From positions 1-64,000 of the IMG/VR virus record IMGVR_UViG_3300033075_001504: a stretch of 64,000 nucleotides of DNA. One strand, written 5' to 3'. This stretch comes from a virus (lineage: Duplodnaviria > Caudoviricetes). The notes below the pieces were generated by a model. It was not told where the DNA came from, searched no databases, and was given only the letters and a program-made list of their open reading frames with translations. The number at the start of each line of letters is the position of its first letter. The first letter of the stretch is position 1. The translations under genes were made by a program, and so were the position numbers. This document shows, in pieces, positions 53,301-62,100 of the stretch.

Positions 53301-54485
53301 GAAGACCCCGGTGAGCTTGGCCGCCTGGCCGAGCATGGTGTTGACGACGTCGAGGCTCTTGGTCAGCGGGGTGAGCCAGAACTGGCCGATCGAGGTGCCG
53401 ATGTCCTGGGTGATGTTGCGGAGCTCCTCGAAGGCGTCGGTGAGCCCCTTGGTCGCCCCGTAGCCGGTGTCCGTGCTGCCGTCGCCGTAGCCGCCCATGG
53501 CAGTCTGGACGAGCTTCTCGATGCCACCGGCCTGGGCGGCCATCGTCTGCATCGCCTTGGCCGCGCGGGCGCCGTCGATGCCCATCCGGTCCAGGATCTG
53601 GATGGACTGCGGGCCGCCCTTGGCGATGGCGTTGAAGACCTCGAGCACGCCCTTGGTCGAGCCCAGCCGCTTGAACTGGTCGACGGTCACCCCGACGATG
53701 GAGGCGTACTTGGCCAGCCCCGGACCGCCCGACTGGGTCTGGCGGACGATGTCGGACAGCATCGAGTTGAAGGTGTTGGCGGCCACGTAGCCGTCGTTGC
53801 CCGCCTGGACGAAGGCGGCCGACAGGCCCAGGACCGCCTTCTCGTTCATCCCCGCCACGCGCGCGATGGGCGCGATGGAGTTGGAGAACTCCGCGACGCT
53901 CTGAGCCGAGACCCCTGCGGTGGCCGAGACCTTGAGCAGCGAGTCGGTGAACTTCTGCATCTGGGTCGCGCCGCCGTCCAGCGTGCCCATCTGGCGGCCC
54001 AGTGTGATCATCGCGTTGGCGATGCTGGTGGCGCTCTCCCCCGCCGCCTTGCCGGTCTTGAGGAAGACCTCGGTCATCCCGCCGATCTGGCTCTGGGCCG
54101 AGAGGCCCATCTTGGAGATGGCGGTGGCGGTCGCGGTGATCTCGCCGCGCGAGACGCCCATCTCGCGGGTGAGCTGGCGCAGCTCGGTGCTGACCCCGGA
54201 CACCGAGCGCCCGGTGATGGCCGCCTGCGCGGACAGCGTGGAGAGCTGCTTCTCGTAGTTCGCGCTCATCGCGACCATCGAGCCGAGCATCGCCAGGTCG
54301 GCGGCCGCGAACAGCGTCATCTTCTTGCCGACGCGGCGCTGGAGCCCGTCGAGCTTGGTGGCCAGGGTGTCGACGGCGTGGGCCAGCGTGTTGGTGTCCT
54401 GGGTGGCCCCCTGGACCCCGGTGCGGTAGTCGCTGACGTCGGCCTTGATGTTGACGTTGGCGTCGCGGGACGCGTCCTGGCTCAT
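50361..54485 (-). CDS. Tape measure protein
   Basis: 1374 aa helical; ANVNIKADVSDY start; AQSVAEF and YVAANTF TMP-type motifs; follows the TAC genes. Confidence 0.9.
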   Translation of the reverse strand: MSQDASRDANVNIKADVSDYRTGVQGATQDTNTLAHAVDTLATKLDGLQRRVGKKMTLFAAADLAMLGSMVAMSANYEKQLSTLSAQAAITGRSVSGVSTELRQLTREMGVSRGEITATATAISKMGLSAQSQIGGMTEVFLKTGKAAGESATSIANAMITLGRQMGTLDGGATQMQKFTDSLLKVSATAGVSAQSVAEFSNSIAPIARVAGMNEKAVLGLSAAFVQAGNDGYVAANTFNSMLSDIVRQTQSGGPGLAKYASIVGVTVDQFKRLGSTKGVLEVFNAIAKGGPQSIQILDRMGIDGARAAKAMQTMAAQAGGIEKLVQTAMGGYGDGSTDTGYGATKGLTDAFEELRNITQDIGTSIGQFWLTPLTKSLDVVNTMLGQAAKLTGVFSAGGAMAGVGGLAMGGAGIMAQLGSFLAPVAALNWLRNSRARGAFGEAFGSARAGGAPSGEYFNRYQAGTQGRLESLGYRLGSNLGFLSPSGGGVSGMRDRALGMVPRLWTVGVNDMARFYRESPVEGWARGSSSISLGAALKGAVMSTDGFTRSMFAATKATGAFVAAQATGGVRGLAQMGGGLLRSAGGAALNFLGGPIGMGLAGAMGVSYLLNANDERKQRIAGMTMADYNQNTPYTSALGQATTNIANLASAAFQASSEVTSLSQAARAAKTDMGNKTTNPNTSGINTAEQGAAYLRTLNTNDPNVIKSAMQDVRRALPFGEGNKAIDLYMNGGKFGIDDISNAMGSGIDQSASSGFWSFFGRDASDDAQARTKLGLGAVGQYTANASLYGDKAANQAKVAGLYALLDKVFSNPDDRSPTAAANRTEAIAQIEKQYGFNFNYTAASMMQRKGEYRSAAEFLAAQGSDSDFGKYRQSWEGQGVVFGSAKAAAGNLPKLMVSSEDPTVKGLKGKGFDITSGVLNQALTSGDSSTLANAALQLYAKAKAQAKGDVNKIPSILQGILAEEGASTPDAKYGALYNLAKQAQGLAGVDQQFADVYQGRVGRLRGAQTRYQSVMNEAPTTETVQRQIEAKQAYEGQKASYYQYLQNMVKAQEDFARSMKRSDEDYYRQRGYAQEDFQTQSRHSYEDYHKSVKRMQEDAAKTIYNPFQRVYSTYTADVGTIKQNLADQTRRIKQQVANLRRLKKLGLSQQVIDMLDLANPANAQQVEELAQEMTKNDINQFNALAKSRQSATSSLVTSDLNQSYTRSAKDFQTAMSRGIEEFNKGMARMAAARKTQQARAKEDLDLMSKEYVGDFTTMFNKAQTLVKNNLGKTGQITMNELNTIKAAFPEFFTSMDATSNSSGTQGEHSGYRNAPASVSTRTTNNRTVNSRTVSTTNYNITGATIAVQTNDPEKMAAKIAAISRANKLRGSTI

Positions 54486-54898
54486 GTCACCTCCTGGCGC
54501 GCGCGGCGGGCCTCGAGCATCTGGCGCTGGTGCTCGCGGTGGGCCGCCTCCATGGCGAGCTGGCGCTGGGCCGCGGCACGGGTGTTGGTGGGCTCCAGCA
54601 CGACGTAGGTACCGGGCTGGTCGGTGCCCTGGTCATGCTTCACGTAGCACCCCTGACACAGCTTCTCCACCGGCTCGTAGGCATGGCGGGAACCACCCTG
54701 GAGCGGGTCCCACTCCCAGTCTGACGTGCCGCACAAGGAACACCGGTCGTTCTTGTGCCCGAAGAAGGCGATGGCCTTCGCCTGGTCCTCCGGGGACCAA
54801 CCGAGGAACTCCGAGTGGGGGATGCCGTGCTCGGAGCAGATCGTCAGCTCGACCTCGAGCTGGCGGTCTCGCCTCAGTCGGTCCCGGTAGTAGGGACC
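54482..54898 (-). CDS. Tail assembly chaperone G-T extension (-1 frame)
   Basis: Open in the -1 frame relative to the TAC, no start codon nearby; GIPHSEFLGWSPEDQAKAIA. Confidence 0.65.
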   Translation of the reverse strand, partial: GPYYRDRLRRDRQLEVELTICSEHGIPHSEFLGWSPEDQAKAIAFFGHKNDRCSLCGTSDWEWDPLQGGSRHAYEPVEKLCQGCYVKHDQGTDQPGTYVVLEPTNTRAAAQRQLAMEAAHREHQRQMLEARRARQEVT

Positions 54899-55299
54899 AG
54901 CTCGAAGCCGCTCTGGCACAGGCCCATCGCGGTGACCAGCAGGCCGCCGAGCTCGCCGGAGGACCAGTCCGGGGACTTCCAGAGCTCGCGCCAGTCCTCC
55001 TCGGCGATCTTGGGCTCCACGACCACCCGGCTCAGCAGCGCGGGGGCGAGCTTGTCCTGGTCGTAGACGTCGCCCTTGGCGATGCCCTGCTTGGTCGGCG
55101 GGCACTCGTCGATGAGGGCGTCGAACTCCCGGCGGCTGATCGCCCGGAACAGGAAGGAGACCGGCTCGTCGGAGCCGGGGATGGTGACGGTGACCTCGCG
55201 CTCCGCACGCTTCTTGCCCTTGAGCATGTCCAGCGTGGCGCGCTTGGCGGCCTTGGACTGCTCGGTGCGGGCGGCGACGACCTCGGTCTCGGTGGGCAT
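54874..55299 (-). CDS. Tail assembly chaperone
   Basis: FLFRAISRREFDALIDECPP...ALLSRVVVEP; between major tail and TMP. Confidence 0.85.
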   Translation of the reverse strand: MPTETEVVAARTEQSKAAKRATLDMLKGKKRAEREVTVTIPGSDEPVSFLFRAISRREFDALIDECPPTKQGIAKGDVYDQDKLAPALLSRVVVEPKIAEEDWRELWKSPDWSSGELGGLLVTAMGLCQSGFELVPTTGTD

Positions 55300-55305
55300 G
55301 GCGCT

Positions 55306-55335
55306 CCTTCGGTGGGGTTAGACCTCGACCGAAGG
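55306..55335 (-). promoter_or_regulatory. Hairpin overlapping the TAC Shine-Dalgarno
   Basis: Minus strand CCTTCGGT...ACCGAAGG(AG); a TAGCCT hexamer overlaps the 5' arm. Confidence 0.5.
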
Positions 55336-55626
55336 CTAGTTGGCAGAGACGGAGACTGTCTCCCGGCGCGCCGCGCGGCCTGCGGCCTGGCGAGCACGGA
55401 AGGAGGGGCCGCGACGACGCTTGCGGGCAGGCTGGAGCGGAACGCCCACGATCAGGGGGACCGGGGTGAACAGGATGCCGTGGCAGGCCAGCACCTCGTT
55501 GCGGCGCTCCGAGCGCAGCAGGACGTCCAGCTCGAGCAGCGTGATCATCTGCGCGGTCTGGGAGATGGGGGAGTGCAGGGCGAGGGTGTCGCCCGGCGTC
55601 AGATGGATCGCACCAGGGGAAGGCAT
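55336..55626 (-). CDS. Possible hypothetical protein
   Basis: 96-aa ORF between the ncRNA terminator and the TAC; weak RBS. Confidence 0.35.
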   Translation of the reverse strand: MPSPGAIHLTPGDTLALHSPISQTAQMITLLELDVLLRSERRNEVLACHGILFTPVPLIVGVPLQPARKRRRGPSFRARQAAGRAARRETVSVSAN

Positions 55627-55639
55627 GGCCCGGACCCTA

Positions 55640-55932
55640 CAACACGAACGGCCCCCGAAGGGGCCGTTGTGTGGAAGCCGGGGTTCCTGTCTACCCGGAC
55701 CGGGGGATAGGTGCTACAGCCAGTAGTTCCCTCGGACGACGACCTACCTGCCAGCAGAGGACTTTGGGCTTGCAAGGCCCCGAGCTTCCCAGCCCAGGGG
55801 CTGAGTCTTGTTCCCGGCCCTCAGCAGGTTGCCCTCGGGCCTGGCGTCGAATGTCCTCGGTCGTCTGCGTTACAGCCGCACCTGTAGGTGCTGTTGTTCC
55901 GCCACTTCCTATCCCGGGCGCCCCTGGGAATG
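55640..55932 (-). ncRNA. Candidate ~290-nt structured non-coding RNA
   Basis: Own promoter and terminator, no convincing ORF on this strand, several nested long-range complementarities. Confidence 0.55.
55642..55672 (-). terminator. Intrinsic terminator
   Basis: AACGGCCCC-TTCG-GGGGCCGTT then CGTGTT. Confidence 0.75.
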
Positions 55933-55938
55933 GAGCAG

Positions 55939-55967
55939 AGCCTGCCGGAGAGTCGCCAAGGTGTCAA
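55939..55967 (-). promoter_or_regulatory. SigA-type promoter
   Basis: TTGACA-17-CAGGCT. Confidence 0.65.
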
Positions 55968-56040
55968 GCAGCACGCAGGGGCGGCGCAGCGTCTTCCCCA
56001 GCCGCCGTACCGCCCCTGCGATCGCTCCCCACCAGGGAGA

Positions 56041-56523
56041 TCAGGTGACGACCGCCGCCTCGTTGGGCTCCTTGTAGATCGCGCAGGTGACCTGGAAGGT
56101 CTGGAGCGTGTTGTTGGCCATGCCCGCCATCGAGCGCGAGACCACGATGACCGGCCACACCTCGACGGTGTCGCCCGTGATCGGCTTGTGCAGGGCGCCC
56201 AGGCCGCCGAAGCGGCTGATGATGAAGAAGCCCTTGGTCTTGCGCGGCAGGGTGGTCCAGGCGGTGTCGGCCGTGTCGTCGCGGTAGAAGTCCGCGCTGA
56301 ACTGTGCCGAGCTGGTGCCGACCGTCGAGGTCTCGAACAGGGTGTCGAAGCTCGGCGTGGGGAGCACGTTGCCCTGGGTGCTGGCCGTGATGCTCATGGT
56401 GAACGGGGTCAGGTTCACCGCCGCCGTCACCTCGGCCGCAGTGGGCACGAGAGCGGCAGAGGCGATGCCGCCCGAGCTCGCGAACGCGATGTAGCTCGCG
56501 TCGTTCGGGATGATGCGGGCCAT
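56041..56523 (-). CDS. Major tail protein
   Basis: 160 aa; APTAAEV...NLTP...FIISRFGG...GDTVEVWPV, an actinophage MTP pattern. Confidence 0.85.
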   Translation of the reverse strand: MARIIPNDASYIAFASSGGIASAALVPTAAEVTAAVNLTPFTMSITASTQGNVLPTPSFDTLFETSTVGTSSAQFSADFYRDDTADTAWTTLPRKTKGFFIISRFGGLGALHKPITGDTVEVWPVIVVSRSMAGMANNTLQTFQVTCAIYKEPNEAAVVT

Positions 56524-56526
56524 GGA

Positions 56527-56844
56527 TCAGTCCTCCTGCGGTGTTCCGCTGTCCTGATTCGATGATCCGGGGTCTGTCGAGTCTGCCGACTCCGGAGTTT
56601 CGATCGAAACCTCGGGCGCGGCCGGGACGACCTGGATGCCCAGGTCACCGACGGGCGCCACCTGCCCGGTCTGGATCGCGCGCTGCTCGAGCTCCCACTC
56701 GCTGAACCGACCGTCGTCCTGCACCGGAGGGCCCTCCGGCTTGTGCTCCCAGCCCAGCTCGGCCCAGGACTCCAGCGAGGTCCCGGAGACCTCGGACCAG
56801 CGGTCCAGCCCGGCGTGGTACACCCAGGTCTGCTCCTCGCTCAC
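56527..56844 (-). CDS. Hypothetical structural-region protein
   Basis: GTG start; acidic tail. Confidence 0.65.
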   Translation of the reverse strand: MSEEQTWVYHAGLDRWSEVSGTSLESWAELGWEHKPEGPPVQDDGRFSEWELEQRAIQTGQVAPVGDLGIQVVPAAPEVSIETPESADSTDPGSSNQDSGTPQED

Positions 56845-57311
56845 GACAACTCCCTGCTGACCCACACCTCGGCGGCGTCGGTCTGGATGTAGAAGGGCGG
56901 GTCGCTCTGATCCACCCTGACCACCCCGCCGATCGACGGGAAGGCCACCTTGATGATCTTGTAGTCCGGCCCCGAGGCGATCGGGACCACACTCCCCACG
57001 ATCCCAGCGATGGCAACCCTGACGAGGTCGGCGAAGTCCTCGATCTGGGTGTTCTGGATCGCGTAGTAGTTCAGCCCGTAGGGCAGGTGCCAGTCGTCCT
57101 GGCCGTAGTCCAGCGCCCCGGTGGAGAAGCTCGCGGTCTGCGGCGTGATGACGGTGTAGGGGGTGAAGATGCTGTCCGGTCCCGCCGGGGCGCCGTCGCG
57201 CCAGCCGCCCTCCTTGGGCAGCAGCGAGACCTCGGCGGGGAAGTCCGTGGAGCGGGCGGCGGCCAGGACCGCCTTGGTGATCGGTCCGCGCTGGAGCGGG
57301 GCGTGGCTCAT
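56841..57311 (-). CDS. Tail terminator-like protein
   Basis: Position after the neck gene; PYTVITP motif. Confidence 0.65.
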   Translation of the reverse strand: MSHAPLQRGPITKAVLAAARSTDFPAEVSLLPKEGGWRDGAPAGPDSIFTPYTVITPQTASFSTGALDYGQDDWHLPYGLNYYAIQNTQIEDFADLVRVAIAGIVGSVVPIASGPDYKIIKVAFPSIGGVVRVDQSDPPFYIQTDAAEVWVSRELS

Positions 57312-57787
57312 CCGTTCGGACCCTTCGTGATCAGCAGTGCGCCCGCCTCGGCGAGCCGGTCGGCCACCCCGGCCAGCTCGACCTCGACCGCGCGGCGCAT
57401 GTAGCGCTTGGGCTTCACCCCGGGGTGCTTGACCTCCTGGGTGACCACCCGCCTGCCGTCCTTGGCGATGAAGGACAGCGCGGCGGCGTTCCGGGGCCGG
57501 ATGACGTAGTACGGCCCGGGCCACTCGCCCCGCGTCGCGGTACCGAACTCCTGGTAGGGGCCGTAGGGCACGGTGGGGCCGATGGTCGCCTGGGCGGGGC
57601 CGGTGAAGGTGACGTGGATCGAGTCGCGCAGCTTTCCGGTCTTGACCGGGGCGAACTGGCGCGCGGAGTTGGCGATGCCGGTGGCGGTCGCCCGGATCAC
57701 CTCGGCCGCGGCGCGTTCGATCCCCTGCCCCGAGGCGGCGGCCAGGTCGGCGGCCAGCGAGGTCAGGTCAGCGCTCGCGGCGGGCAT
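57308..57787 (-). CDS. HK97 gp10-like neck/tail protein
   Basis: APVKTGKLRDSI...YGPYQEFGT...HPGVKPKRYMR. Confidence 0.85.
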   Translation of the reverse strand: MPAASADLTSLAADLAAASGQGIERAAAEVIRATATGIANSARQFAPVKTGKLRDSIHVTFTGPAQATIGPTVPYGPYQEFGTATRGEWPGPYYVIRPRNAAALSFIAKDGRRVVTQEVKHPGVKPKRYMRRAVEVELAGVADRLAEAGALLITKGPNG

Positions 57788-57902
57788 CGAGCCACCTCGC
57801 GATCTGGTCGTAGGCGATGACGACGACGATCGCGACGCCGAACACCAGCGCGAAGGCGTAGGAGAAGGACTTGGTCCCCAGCCACAGCAGCTCGCCGATC
57901 AC
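57768..57902 (-). CDS. Small membrane protein (44 aa)
   Basis: MIGELLWLGTKSFSYAFALVFGVAIVVVIAYDQ...; GTGA coupling; absent from the ORF track. Confidence 0.5.
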   Translation of the reverse strand: MIGELLWLGTKSFSYAFALVFGVAIVVVIAYDQIARWLDARRER

Positions 57903-58348
57903 TCCCGGCCCTCCTGCTCCCAGTTGTTGGAGTCGCCCCAGGTCGTGCAGTAGAGCGCCCGGGTGCCCCGGATCGGGTTGCCGCCGTCCACCGAGACGAC
58001 CTGGAACACCCGGCCCACCAGGGACGGGTCGTGCTCGCAGGAGGTCACGGTGACGACGTCGTCCACCCGCGGGACCAGCGTGGTCCAGGCCGGGGTCTCG
58101 GCCGGGATGGAGATGGTCGTGGTGCGCAGCGGGATGCCCGCGTCGCCGATCACGGTGTCGCCCTGGCCGCCCAGGGAGTGGATGAACGCCTTGCCGGTGT
58201 AGACCGGCAGCGCGGTGCGCCCGGTGACCAGCAGCGTGGTGGAGTCGTAGCGCGGCGGGGAGTCCATCCGGGTGATGGTCACGGTGGTGTCCATGTCCAT
58301 CGTCGCGCGGCGCCGGGCCATCGCGCGCGCGTGCGCCACCCGGCTCAC
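57899..58348 (-). CDS. Head-to-tail stopper (DUF6093-like)
   Basis: MDTTVTITR...VYTGKA...PRVDDVVTVT...LVGRVFQV. Confidence 0.75.
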   Translation of the reverse strand: MSRVAHARAMARRRATMDMDTTVTITRMDSPPRYDSTTLLVTGRTALPVYTGKAFIHSLGGQGDTVIGDAGIPLRTTTISIPAETPAWTTLVPRVDDVVTVTSCEHDPSLVGRVFQVVSVDGGNPIRGTRALYCTTWGDSNNWEQEGRE

Positions 58349-59154
58349 CACCAGCCTCCGGGATCGCCGTAGAGCGGGCTGACCGGGTCGGGGATGTCCG
58401 TGCCGCCGTAGTCCTGCCGCCCGGCGTAGCGGTTGTCGTGCATGCCCTTGTCGAAGGACAGCGGCTTGATCGACGGGTCGGGCTGCTCGTAGAGGTCGAT
58501 GTCGCCCGCGTCCGGGCCGCCGATGTCCTTGCGGGCCTGCATCGCGCGCAGCCGCATGGCGGCCGCCGCCCACTTCTCCTGGAGCTGCTCGAGCGCGACG
58601 ATGACCGCGTCGGAGGAGACGGTGACCTCGCCCGCGTAGCGCACCGAGAGGATCTCGGCGGCGGTGGCGGCGACCAGGATGTAGGAGGCGGTCACCGAGT
58701 ACCAGTCCGCGATGAGGAAGTCGAGCTCGGCGTCGCTCATCTGCGGGTCGTCGGGGTCGGTGTCCTGGAGGTAGTAGCGGACCTGGTCGCGCGGGCTGGA
58801 GGACGGGTTGCCCGAGTAGGTCCAGGTGCCCTGCGCCACCGAGGAGATCTGGAGCACCAGGTACCCGGTGTTGGGCACGGTGAGGACCAGCCCGGACGGG
58901 TAGGTGACCTCGTACCAGGCGGCGTAGAAGCCCGCGGAGACGGCGGCGTCCGAGGCCGTCCAGGCGTAGTCCACCACGCCGCCGGTGGCGTCCACGATGG
59001 TGCAGTCGCCGTTGATGACGATCCCGCTGGCGCCCTGGGCCTTGAACTTCACCCCCGTCGCGGTGGCGAGGTTGACCGGCACGCCGTCGAGCTCGAGGGT
59101 GCGGCGCTGGACCGGCATGCGGTCTCCGGCGCGCATCAGCAGGTCAGGTGCCAT
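58345..59154 (-). CDS. BppU-N-like domain fused to head-to-tail adaptor
   Basis: N-terminal MRAGD...VNLATAT...DATGGVVDY..T...Y.A.YEVTY...TVP; C-terminal RDQVRYYLQDTD...MSDAELDFLI. Confidence 0.7.
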   Translation of the reverse strand: MAPDLLMRAGDRMPVQRRTLELDGVPVNLATATGVKFKAQGASGIVINGDCTIVDATGGVVDYAWTASDAAVSAGFYAAWYEVTYPSGLVLTVPNTGYLVLQISSVAQGTWTYSGNPSSSPRDQVRYYLQDTDPDDPQMSDAELDFLIADWYSVTASYILVAATAAEILSVRYAGEVTVSSDAVIVALEQLQEKWAAAAMRLRAMQARKDIGGPDAGDIDLYEQPDPSIKPLSFDKGMHDNRYAGRQDYGGTDIPDPVSPLYGDPGGWW

Positions 59155-59175
59155 GCCTTCATCGTCCCCTTCTCA

Positions 59176-62100
59176 TCAAGGCTTGCGGGCCCGGCTGCGC
59201 CCCTGCGGACCGCGCGCGGAGGTGGTGGGCAGGTCCTCGCGGGCCGCCGTGGTCTCGCCCTTGCCCGAGGCCCGGGACCGGCCGCCGCCCAGCGCGGTGG
59301 TGATCCGTCCGGCGAAGGCGACGAAGGTCGCCAGCGTGCGGGTGGCCACCGACCCGGCGAAGGACAGGCTCGACGCCAGGAGGACCGGGAAGCGGCGCCC
59401 GAAGGTCCCGGTGAAGCTCAGGGCGGCCGAGAGCTGGTAGGGGAACCGGCGGGCGAAGCTCCCGGCGAACAACAGGGCCGCAGAGAGCGCCTTCCCGGTC
59501 CGGCGGGTGATCGTCCCGGCGAGGCCCAGCGAGGCGCTCAGCGCCCGGCTGGTGGCCTTGGTGGTGGCCCCGGTGAAGGTCAGGGTGGCACTCAGCGCGC
59601 GGGCGGGCAGACGGCGGGCGATCGACCCCGCGAAGGACAGCGCGGCCGCCAGGGCGACGGGGAAGCGCCGGGCCAGGTTCCCCGTGAAACCGACCGCAGC
59701 GGACAGCCCCTTGCCCGTGCGCCGGGTCTGGGCGCCGGTGAAGGACAGCGCGGCGGTGAAGGCGCGGGGGAAGGCCCGCAGGAAGGAGCCGGTGAAGGAC
59801 AGCGCTCCGGCCAGTGCCTTGGACGTGCGGCGGGCCTGGGTGCCGGTGAAGGTGAGGGCGGCGCTCAGCACGAACGCGGTCCGGCGCAGCGCGAAGGCCC
59901 CGGCCAGCCCCAGGCTTGCAGCCAGCCGGGTCCTCACCGCCCGGGTCTGGGAGCCGGTGAAGGTGAGGGCGCCCGACAGGCTGCGGAAGAAGGTCTTGAC
60001 CGCGGTGAAGGTGCCGGTGCTGGTCAGCGTCGCGGTGAAGGCGCGAGCGGTGCGCCGCGCGGTCGAGCCGGTGAACGTCAGGGTCGCGGCCAGCGTGGCC
60101 GGGATGCGGCGGGCGATGCTGCCGGTGAAGGACAGCGCGGCGGTCATGGTCTTGCTGGTGCGCCGAACCTGCGACCCGGTGAACGACAGCGACGCGGTGA
60201 AGGCGCGCTGGAGGGCCTGTGCCCCCTGGTTGATCGTCCCGATGAACGAGAGCACTGCGGCCATCGCCTTGCCCACCGAGCGCGTCTGGGACCCGGTGAA
60301 GGAGAGCGCGGCGGCGAGGCCCTTGCCGGTCTGCTTGGCCGCCACCGACCCGGCGAAGGAGAGCGCCCCGGCCACCGATCGGGCGACCCGGCGGACCTGG
60401 GAGCCGGTGAAGGACAGGGCGGCGGTCATCGTCCTGCCGACCGAGCGGACCTGCGACCCGGTGAAGGTCAGCGCGCCCGCCACGCCCTTGCCGGTGCGCA
60501 GCGCAGCGGAGCCCGCGAAGGAGAGCGCCCCGCTGGCCGTCTTGCCGGTGCGACGCACCTGGCTGCCGGTGAAGGAGAGCGCGCCGCTCAGGGCCCGGGT
60601 CAGGGCCAGCCCGGAGAGCAGGTTTCCGGTGAAGGAGAGCGCCCCGCTCAGGCTGCGCGCGACCCGGCGCACCACCGACCCCGTGAAGGAGAGCGCGCCG
60701 GTGAGCAGCTTGGCGACGTTCCGCGTCACCGATCCGGTGAAGGACAGCGCGGCGGTCATGGCCTTGGCGGCGCTGCGCGCCAGGGCACCCGTGGAGGACA
60801 GTGCGCCCGACACCGCCTTGGCCGTGCGGCGCACGACGGAGCCGGTGAACGACAGCGCCCCGGCCAGCGGTCGGGTGGTCTGCTTGACCTGACTGCCGGT
60901 GAAGGAGAGCGCAGCGGTCAGCGTCTGGCTGAACGCGTGGCTGCCCGAGATGAAGCTCGTAGCCACTGCCCCGGCGAAGGAAAGCGCGGCGGCGAAGACG
61001 CGCGAGGACTGCTTGGCCACCACTCCGGCGAACGAGAGGACGGCGGTGGTCGTCTTGGCAGTGCGCCGGGCCTGGCTGCCTGTGAAGGTCAGCGTCGCCG
61101 CCACGCTCTTCCCGGTCCGGCGTGCCTGGGCTCCAGTGAACGACAGCGCGGCGCTCAGCGCCTTGGGGAAGGCGCGCAGCACCGCCCCGGTGAAGGTGAG
61201 GGTGGCCGCGAGCGCCCGAGCGGTCCGCTTGGCCACCGCCCCGGTGAAGGACAGCGCGCCTGCGACCGCCTTGGAGACCGAGCGGGCGACGGCACCGGCG
61301 AAGGAGAGTGCGGCGCTCGTGCGCTTCTGCGTCTGACGGACCAGGGGCGTGCCGCCACTGAGCCCCGAGGTCCCCGCGGCGTAGAGGTTGGCGATCTCGG
61401 TCGAGGACAGCGCCCGGTCCCACAGCGCCCACCCAGCCTGGGTGCCATCGGTCGTCGCCGAGGTGTCCCACTGGTGGTTGAGGTAGATGGTGGACTGGGT
61501 CCAGGCGCTGGCGGGGGTGGCGCCGACCGTGCCCTCGGACGCCCCCTGGACGTAGAGGGTGACGAACGAGGAGACGCCGGTGAGGTTGTTGATCGTCCCC
61601 GCCACGAAGTAGGTCTGCCCGGTCGTGATCGTCGTGGTCCCCGTCGCCACGCGCCAGGCGCCCCCGTCGAACATGCCTGCGGTGAAGACCGAGCTCCCGC
61701 CGCCGCTCGCGTGACCGACCCAGAGCGGGATGCTCGACCCCGACGCCCACCCCAGACCGCAGAGGAACGGGTCGGCGGCGTTGTCGGTGCACTTCCACCA
61801 GCCCGCGAACGTCAGCGCGGTCCAGGACGCAGGCGCGGACGTGGCCACGGTGGCGTAGGTACCGCTGCTCGACGGGAACCGGACCGCGCCGCCCCCGCCG
61901 CTGTAGATCGCCGCCTGCCCCAGGGTGGGACCGCTCTGGTAGGTGCCGTTCGTGCCCAGGGACCCCGAGTCCGTCATGGTCGTGCCGGACGGCTCGTCCA
62001 TCTTGTAGAAGAACTTCGGGGCCAGCGCCAGCACCGCAGCGTTGTAGGCGATGGAGTTGAAGGACAGGGCGCCGCTCAGGGACCGGGAGAAGAAGCGGCT

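Noticed and set aside
55680-55930. RNase P RNA, tmRNA, group I/II intron or hammerhead identity for the ncRNA candidate
   Set aside because: Only a partial P4-like 3' motif; no T-arm or tag frame, P7, domain V or CUGANGA core.
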